From the NCBI GenBank assembly GCA_028534125.1, contig CM052816.1:72790001-72854000 (forward strand): a stretch of 64,000 nucleotides of DNA, read 5' to 3'. Made by a program: the position numbers and the translations under genes. The DNA comes from Lama glama. Taxonomy: Eukaryota. Below the pieces are notes generated by a model, which searched no databases, was not told the origin of the DNA, and was given only the letters and a program-made list of their open reading frames with translations. Shown here in pieces: positions 55,921-64,000 of the stretch (position 1 is the first letter of the stretch; every line of letters starts with the position of its first letter).

Positions 55921-56459
55921 TATATATATATATATATATATAAACAGATATATATATATAGATATATATATACACACACACAATGGAATACCACTCAGCC
56001 ATAAAAAGAATAAAACAATGCCATTTGCAGCAACATAGATGGACCTGGAGATCGTCATACTAAGTGAAGTAATCCGGGAAAAAAAAGAAACAGCACATGA
56101 TATAACACTTTTATGTGAAATCTAAAAAAAAAAGAAGAAGAAGAAAAGAAAAGAAAGAACACAATGAACTTATTTACAAAACAGAGACAGACTTACAGAC
56201 ATAGAAAACAAGCTTATGGTTACCAGTGGGGAAAGGCAGGTGTTGGGGAGATAAATTGGAAGTTCAGGATTTGCAGATACTAATTACTATATATAAAATA
56301 GATAAACAACAAGGTCCTACTATATAGCACAGGAAACTATATAAGGTACCTTGTAATAGCCTATAATGAAAAAGGAATATATATATATAACTGAATCACT
56401 ATGCTGTACACCAGAAATTAACATAACATTGTAAATCAACTGTACTTCAATTAAAAAAA
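55921..56459 (+). mobile_element. L1 3' end (cetartiodactyl-type) preceded by (TA)n
   Basis: 'caatggaataccactcagccataaaaag...gatggacctggagatcgtcatactaagtgaagt...actgaatcactatgctgtacaccagaaattaac...cttcaattaaaaaaa'. Confidence 0.9.
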
Positions 56460-57399
56460 TTGTTTTTGGTGTGTGCTGGAGATGCATAATACAAAGTATA
56501 TGTAATAATGAGTAAAACCTTTAAATATCTATCTAATTTTGCCTATATTTAGTACAATAATATGTATACTTTTCTTTTTTTGCCTATTCATAAAAAATTA
56601 AATGAATATTATAAATTATGTAAGTAAAATAGAATATTTTGGAAATGTATTCGTAAAATAGTTATTATCAAATACATTCTCAGGAGGACAGGGTAATTTA
56701 TTTTGGATGGCATATGTTTTTGAAATTCATTACATATATATTTTTTCCACAAATATTTATTGATAATTATCCATAATAAGTTTATTATTTGAAGTACTGC
56801 TATTTGTCAGCATTTTATTAAACTAAAGCTAAATTTATTTTCTAATGAGATTCCATATAAATATCTTGAGGAACTTGGTATTTGTATATGCTAATATTAA
56901 TTAAGAAAGGTATATTCTTAGCCATGTCATAAAACTGGTAGCGTTTTTGTTAAACAGGGTATTATGCTATGTTGTATTACTTTTTAATGTTAAGGTAAGA
57001 ATTCAGATTCCCTGTCTTAGGTTACCTGGGAGCATTTACTATCATCTCCAAAGACTGTGCTGCACTGCAGGAAGGAAGCTGAGTTTTGGTGGCAAAAGTC
57101 TTACCATTAATAATTGTTTCTGGAATCATTGAGAGTCTCCCTATGTAAAAACTTTATGCAAGAAGGAAAAAAACTTTAAAAAGTGATGAAATGACAGTTA
57201 AGTGACATACACACAGTCCACAGGCTGAGTCTGCTGTGGGTATGGGTTACATTATAAAAGATGCCCTGAGCTGTCATAAAACCCACTGTTGTACAGTAAT
57301 TCAGTGCTTCCCAAGATGCTTAGTAATACAGACAAACTAAGCAATTAGATCTTTGGCTTGCCATACAGATGGGGCCACTTAAATAAAATTTATCTCTTG

Positions 57400-57568
57400 T
57401 GATAACTCTTTTTCTGGGAAAAAAAATCCCCAATTTACATTATTCTAGGTGGTTAAGGGAGGAGCAGTAGTTTCTCTTGAGCCCACAGGGCCTCCACTGC
57501 CTTGAACGCAACATGATCCACGTGCCAAAGTGACACATCTCGGGGAGGCCTGTTCTGAAGCCCTACAA
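57400..57568 (-). mobile_element. ERV1 LTR fragment (MER34/39-like end)
   Basis: 'gtgccaaagtgacacatctcggggaggcctgttctgaagccctaca'. Confidence 0.5.
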
Positions 57569-58480
57569 TATCGTGTGCATGCATTATTTATATATACGTT
57601 ATGTTAGTTGCATAGAACATTTCAAACACCAAAGTACATTAGAATTTTAAATGGTAAATTGTTTCATAGTCTTCTAACTCTGATGAGATGAACTTTTGAT
57701 TTTATATATTCAAGAAAGAATTGTATTTGCACCTTTGCTTTTCAAAAATCTATTCATCAGTGATGTTCAAAGTATCAAGTCATCTTTTGCATGTAGTATA
57801 TTACTAAAATTAACAGAAACTGCCGTTTTATGACTTTTTACTCTGCCAGCTTATGCATAACTTCTAACATCTGGTTTATTTCATTATCCACCTACCACGA
57901 GATGTCTTCTTCAAAAATGTATTTGTTATTTTTATTTCTTCACATCACACGAAGGTGATATTTTTATTCATTCTTGCAAGTCTTGTTATGTATGAGGGAA
58001 ACAAATAAAAAGAAATGGCTCCTGTTTTCAGTAAGTGTCGTGTTCTAACAGAGATTACTACGTAATTCACAAATTCACTGACCATGGTCCGATACCTCTG
58101 TTCTTAGAATGTACTCCTTTTCAGTGCCACCACCGTTTTCAAACTTTATCCTTCTTTGGATTCTGATAACCAGGTTTTTCTGGTTTTGCTCTCACATCTT
58201 GCTGGCTAATGTGAGTTCCCTTAACTTGCTCAACCTCTATGACTCAACCACTTTTAAAATATAGATTCCACTTTTTCTTTTTATCTCTCCATTTGACACA
58301 CCCTTAGTGATCCCTTAGCCAGTGACTGTGTGTATATTTTCTCTTCTGACCTAAATACAGGCATTAGGATGCACCATGAGCATCTTAAACTTAGCTTGTC
58401 AGAAACTGAATTTCTTTTCTTTCCTACTCACTCAAATGTACTTCCGTATGTCCTGAGATAACACAGTACTTGGCATATAG

Positions 58481-58651
58481 AAATGGTTCTATATTTTAGT
58501 GTCTGGAGGACCTGTTAAAACAGACTGCCAGAGTTTCTAATTTGGAGTTTCTGATTCAGTAGGTCTGGGGTGGAGACTACCTACGAATGTGCATTTCTAG
58601 CAAGTTCCTAGGTGACGCTGATGGTTTGGTAATCATACCTTGAGACCCATT
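58481..58651. mobile_element. MER5A
   Basis: 'gagtttctgattcagtaggtctggggtgg...tgcatttctagcaagttcctaggtgacgctgatg'. Confidence 0.85.
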
Positions 58652-59719
58652 GGTACACAGCAATCCACTGAAGCTTGTCAAATCCATAATTACTATGAGT
58701 AAATGGATGTTTAAAAAATGTAAGATAGGCTCAGCAATCAGATGAACCCAGTAAATGACAAGAAATTTTCACAGAACTTTTGTCTGAAGAAGCAAGGAAG
58801 ATCTTTGGTGCAACACTCTCATACTATAGATTGGTAAAGTAAAGTTGAAAGGGATTTACTGATTTCTGTGAGGAAAAGTAACTAGACTGGTTTTTTTTTT
58901 TGCAGTCCAGCTGCAAATCAACTTATCCTACACAGCAATCTTGTAGAAAAGGCCACTGAAGTGTCTTCTCTATGGATCAGCTGCAGGAAGGCTTGAGCAG
59001 GCTGAATCCCAGGGCTTCAGGGGTAGGCATCCTAGGTTAGAAGAATTACAGATTCTGACCTTCTCAGGAAAAATTAACCCAGTCCTTCTCAAGTGCATAC
59101 TAGAAGCCACTTACACACAATGACAGTGACAGCATTGGTGTCTAAATTTAGAATGCCTAAGTCGTAATCAAGTTGCTTCAGAGAGATATGTGTATGTATA
59201 TATATACATATATATATATATAGGTCTGCAAGCTTTAAATACTTTAGGGAACAGTCTGGTGACCAAATAAAGGAATCTGATGACAAAGTTGTATTTCCTT
59301 TGAGAATACAAATCTCTAAAAGGGAATGTCCAAAAATATGAATGTTATGTGTAAGGAAAGTATGCACAAAAAATTGAAGAAATACAATACAGTGGATGCT
59401 GTTTCTCATTAGCTGTATATTATCAATTACCAATTACAATTACAATAATTGTGGGCAAGAAAGGAGTCTGGTCGCCTAGATTTTCTAGTCTGAGCTCTGT
59501 TATCAGGAAAAGATTTGAGAAAAAAATTTCACAGATAATACATTAATTGTGTTGTGTTTAAGAAAAGAATTTTATTCCATTATCTTCATCAAGTTTTATT
59601 ACCTACTTTTTTATTTGTACTCAATTTTATCATCTGTGCGATGAAACTCATTTTGGGGGCTGTAACTAAATTTTTCAAAATGTGATCCCATGACTCCTTC
59701 ATTTGAAACATCAAGGGAC

Positions 59720-60032
59720 TGTTTCTCAGACTTAAATGTGTACAAGTCATCTGGGGAATCTTTCTAAAATGCAGTTACTGATTTCATAGGTCTGAGGTAA
59801 AGCCTGTTAATTCTGTTCTAATAAGCTCCCAAGTAATGTCCATGCTTCTGTGTTTCGGTTCGATTTGCAGGGATTTTTTTTTAAGTGTGTATGTGTATGT
59901 ACGAGAGTACATGTATACATTTACAAAGGCAGATACCTCAACGGCATCCGTATCTGGAGTTAAGCCTGCAAATTTGCATTCCCAAAAGACAACCTCATCC
60001 CAAATTTTATCAGCCATCAAATTTAAGAACTG
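59720..60032. mobile_element. MER5-family fragments
   Basis: 'aaatgcagttactgatttcataggtctgagg' and 'aatttgcattccc...aaatttaagaactgc'. Confidence 0.55.
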
Positions 60033-60720
60033 CTTGTTTAAATGAACTTTAATGTCTAAGTCAAGTTTCAGCTATGAAATTATGTGCATCTAGTTTCATC
60101 TGGTATTTTTCTAAGTCCTAAAAGGAAGCCTGACATTTTCTCTTAATTTATAGAACTTCAGTGTTGCTTGAGTATCTATGACTTGCAAACGGTTGCCAAG
60201 CTTCCTGCCTCCAGATTCAAGTTTTAGTTGGGTCTGATCTTTTGATGTAAGATCTAAGGTAGAGGCTTTTGTGCTACTATCCATAATTTTGAGATTCTTT
60301 CTCCAAATAAAGAGCAAAACATCAACTTCATACCTTTAGAACACAGCTACAAAAAAAAAAAATAATCCAAAGACAAGGCCATCACATTTTTTTCCTTGCC
60401 CCATCACTGGCTTTTCTGGGTCTATACCTGTAAATTCACTCTGTACTCCTTTCATCCTTCTTTTCTATAACGTCACAGTTCCTTTCAGAAGGTGTTTACC
60501 AAAACAAGTTCTTTCTACAGTTTGTGATATGGAGTAGTTGCATTACTACTGTGAGGAAAAATAAGTTACATTATAAGTAACTTAAAAATAAGTACATTAG
60601 TTCCTTCTCCTTAAAGGATTTCTTCTTTTTGCGACTGTTATTCAAATGTTATTGAATATAGCACGACCAAGTAGCATCATGATTCCTCATGCAGCCTAAC
60701 AGTGTTTCCTAATTTCCTAA

Positions 60721-60924
<204 letters not shown>

Positions 60925-61319
60925 TGATCAAGGTTTATTTTCTCTTTCCCTGGGAAATCATCATGTTTATGTTTTGGCACTACTCGAAAGAAAAATTAAA
61001 ACTTAATGTTAAAACATCTTTTTTGCCCTTATTCTCTCTTATGTTCTCCCATTTACAGGCATTTATGTTAACAAGACTGGACAATTGGTTTTCCTCTTGT
61101 GATTCTCAGGATACTGTTTTATTTTCTGTGTCCCTAGTTACAAGATTCCTTCTTGTGCCCTCGTTGTCCATATCTTCCCAGTCTCCCACTCTATCACCTC
61201 ATGCTCACATAACTGTATCTTTAACTTCTTTTTGATTTTTACTTCCCTCCTCTGTTTGTTCTCCCTATTTACACACTGACCTGACCTGTTGTGAGTAGTT
61301 CGTTTCCTGTTACCTCATT

Positions 61320-62227
61320 AAAACACTTTGCAACATCAATAACCACCTTTTTGCCTTAAGTCTCCTTTCCATCCCTCGCTGGACGTCTTCCCTCCACCCG
61401 GTGGAATGTTCAGGCCACCCCTAGGTTAAAAGAACAGTCTCTTGATTGTTCGTGTTTCTTATACTGTTTTGCTCTCTCTCCTTTCTTTTACTGCCAGCCT
61501 TCTCAAAAGATTGCTCTATAATTATTGCATTGTAGTTCAGTCTCCACTTTACTAAAATTGTTTCCTTGGAAATTATCAATGACCATTCAATCATCAAATC
61601 CTTTGTCTTTGTGCCATTGGTGGTACTTCTAAACTCTTAATAAAATACATATCCTGAATCACTGTTGGAGACTTCTTTAAAACTGGACCATCCCTGAGCC
61701 ATTGTCTTTATTTATTTATTTATTTTTGCATGTCTGTATTATTCTTTTTTATTTAGGTCATCTCATCTTCAGTTCTGTAAATTTGAACTCCAACTTCTTG
61801 CCATCAGCTCTGTTTTCTTAAAAACTACATGATCTCCCCTTACCCTGTGTATATAATAAACTGTGTACTGAAGTCATTATCCTCTATCACTAAACCACTC
61901 GTCTTTTGAAGTCTCTCTCTGTAAATGTTTTAGCTATTCTCTCAAGTCATTTGGAATGTAAAGTTTTAGCCTTTTTAAAAAATCGTTCTCTGTTCTGCAC
62001 ATCCACCCAATCACCAAATACTGTCAATTCACTGTGACAATACATCTCACTCCTATCCCCTGTTTCTTTTCCCAAGACATAACTCTAAACTTATTCCTGA
62101 CACATGGACTATTGGCACTGTCCCCTTAGTCTGCCTTCCAGCCTTTGGTCTGTTTTCTCTAACTACCATTTAAAGCAATGATGCCAGATTAATCTTCTTT
62201 TATGTGTATGAGCTAGTCATGTCTCTG
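61320..62227 (-). mobile_element. Degraded L2 LINE, antisense
   Basis: Pyrimidine-rich; 'atccacccaatcaccaaatactgtcaattc...catggactattg...gccagattaatctt'. Confidence 0.6.
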
Positions 62228-62727
62228 NNNNNNNNNNNNNNNNNNNNNNNNNNNNNNNNNNNNNNNNNNNNNNNNNNNNNNNNNNNNNNNNNNNNNNNNN
62301 NNNNNNNNNNNNNNNNNNNNNNNNNNNNNNNNNNNNNNNNNNNNNNNNNNNNNNNNNNNNNNNNNNNNNNNNNNNNNNNNNNNNNNNNNNNNNNNNNNNN
62401 NNNNNNNNNNNNNNNNNNNNNNNNNNNNNNNNNNNNNNNNNNNNNNNNNNNNNNNNNNNNNNNNNNNNNNNNNNNNNNNNNNNNNNNNNNNNNNNNNNNN
62501 NNNNNNNNNNNNNNNNNNNNNNNNNNNNNNNNNNNNNNNNNNNNNNNNNNNNNNNNNNNNNNNNNNNNNNNNNNNNNNNNNNNNNNNNNNNNNNNNNNNN
62601 NNNNNNNNNNNNNNNNNNNNNNNNNNNNNNNNNNNNNNNNNNNNNNNNNNNNNNNNNNNNNNNNNNNNNNNNNNNNNNNNNNNNNNNNNNNNNNNNNNNN
62701 NNNNNNNNNNNNNNNNNNNNNNNNNNN
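62228..62727. other. Assembly gap (500 N)
   Basis: Run of exactly 500 N. Confidence 1.
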
Positions 62728-64000
62728 AATGTTTTTATATATGAAGGATCTCTAAGATGTAAAATGGCAGAAAATTTCATTTGTGTGACCTTTGAAGACT
62801 CTTACAAAAAACTCATATCATGCATATGCAAATTAATTCAGCTTGTGGATATTTTGAAAGCACTGCTTTATTGAGAGCATTCTTCTACTTCCATTTCTGT
62901 GCAGAAATTAGGTGATTTATCTTTTTCATACACTGAAAACAAAGTGCTGAAATGCCTTCAACAAACACCTGGCTCATTCTTACTGTTCAGGTCTCATGGA
63001 TGTTACCTCCTCATCTAAATTAATTCCCTCACAGTCATTCTCCATCACATCAGCCATTTTGTTGTATACACATCACTCTTTTGTCTTGTCATCTCTTTTT
63101 ACTTAATTGTCCACTCTTCTATAGGAACTCAGGATCCAAGGAAGCAAGGACTTTGTCTTTCTTGATTTTTCACCGTTGCTTCAGCCCCTAGATAGTTCAT
63201 ATTAAATAATTACTTACTGGATAAATGAGAAAAGGCAAATTAATAAGGATCTCACACTTGGCAAACCATCTCAAAGAATCATTGATTCTCAGAGCTTGGA
63301 GAGAGCGTTTTATAGACAAGTCAGAGGTGGTGGCACTAATAAGAAAAGTGATGCCCAGAACTATGAGGTTCTGTGGCCAGGCAGCTTCCTTAGTACCACT
63401 TTAGATGATACTATGGAGTATCTTGTCTCTAGTATATAACAAAAGGATGTTGGCCTTTTCAGATTCCTCTGTGATTTTATTTTGATATCTGCATCATAAG
63501 CCAGAAGTTTCTGTCTTGAATGTGGTTGTTTTTGTTTCCTTTTTAACTTTCTCGAGATTTACACACATTAATGGTTTATTGCAGAGTCCACCTGGTAGTG
63601 GGGGAATATTCCAACAGAGTACCATTATCAAAGGTATAGAAGTGTTTTGTACAGTGTCTGTAATCTAATAAATCCATGGAATAGATAGAAATAAGTACTT
63701 CTTTTCTTAGATTGCTATGCCAGTTTTGCATAGAATATTGCCAGTGGCTCACAAAATAAAAGTTGCTGGATTCCTTGTCCAAACCTCAGCAGTGAGCCAC
63801 CTCCAGGTGTAGAAGATTCAGAGGGACAGATAAATCAGTGTATTCTTCATCCTCAGTCTAGACCATGTGACCTGAGTACTGGCTCTACTGCATTGTCAGC
63901 AGTCTGGGAAGAGATTGTAAAGTCATCATAAAAAATTATCTTTGTTTCGCTGTGAACTAAAATACATGGGCCAGGAAGTAAAGGAACAACTACAGTTTTC

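Overview
Mammalian (eutherian) genomic DNA lying entirely inside the HCN1 gene (+ strand). Two coding exons are present: 27528-27746 (219 nt; pore helix, CIGYG selectivity filter, S6) and 60745-60891 (147 nt; C-linker). They match HCN1 exons 4 and 5 as I recall the human gene structure and are separated by a 32,998-nt intron. The rest is AT-rich intron with ancient and younger transposable elements: MIR, L2, L1, MaLR/ERVL/ERV1 solo LTRs, MER5/MER20, and a ~1.9-kb hAT-Tip100 Zaphod/MER91-type fossil that still shows a transposase dimerisation motif. There are also microsatellites, local duplications and two 500-N scaffold gaps. I saw no Alu, B1, Bov-A/BovB, PRE-1 or Can-SINE; this and the style of the young L1 3' ends suggest a camelid-like cetartiodactyl (inference). 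I found no convincing novel multi-gene system. The best leads are two ultra-short TSD-flanked young L1 tails, a 100-bp templated insertion inside an L2, CpG/GC3 enrichment of the pore exon, and several candidate enhancer motif clusters. Repeat family names come from my recollection of consensus sequences, not from a search, and repeat boundaries are approximate unless TSDs are given.
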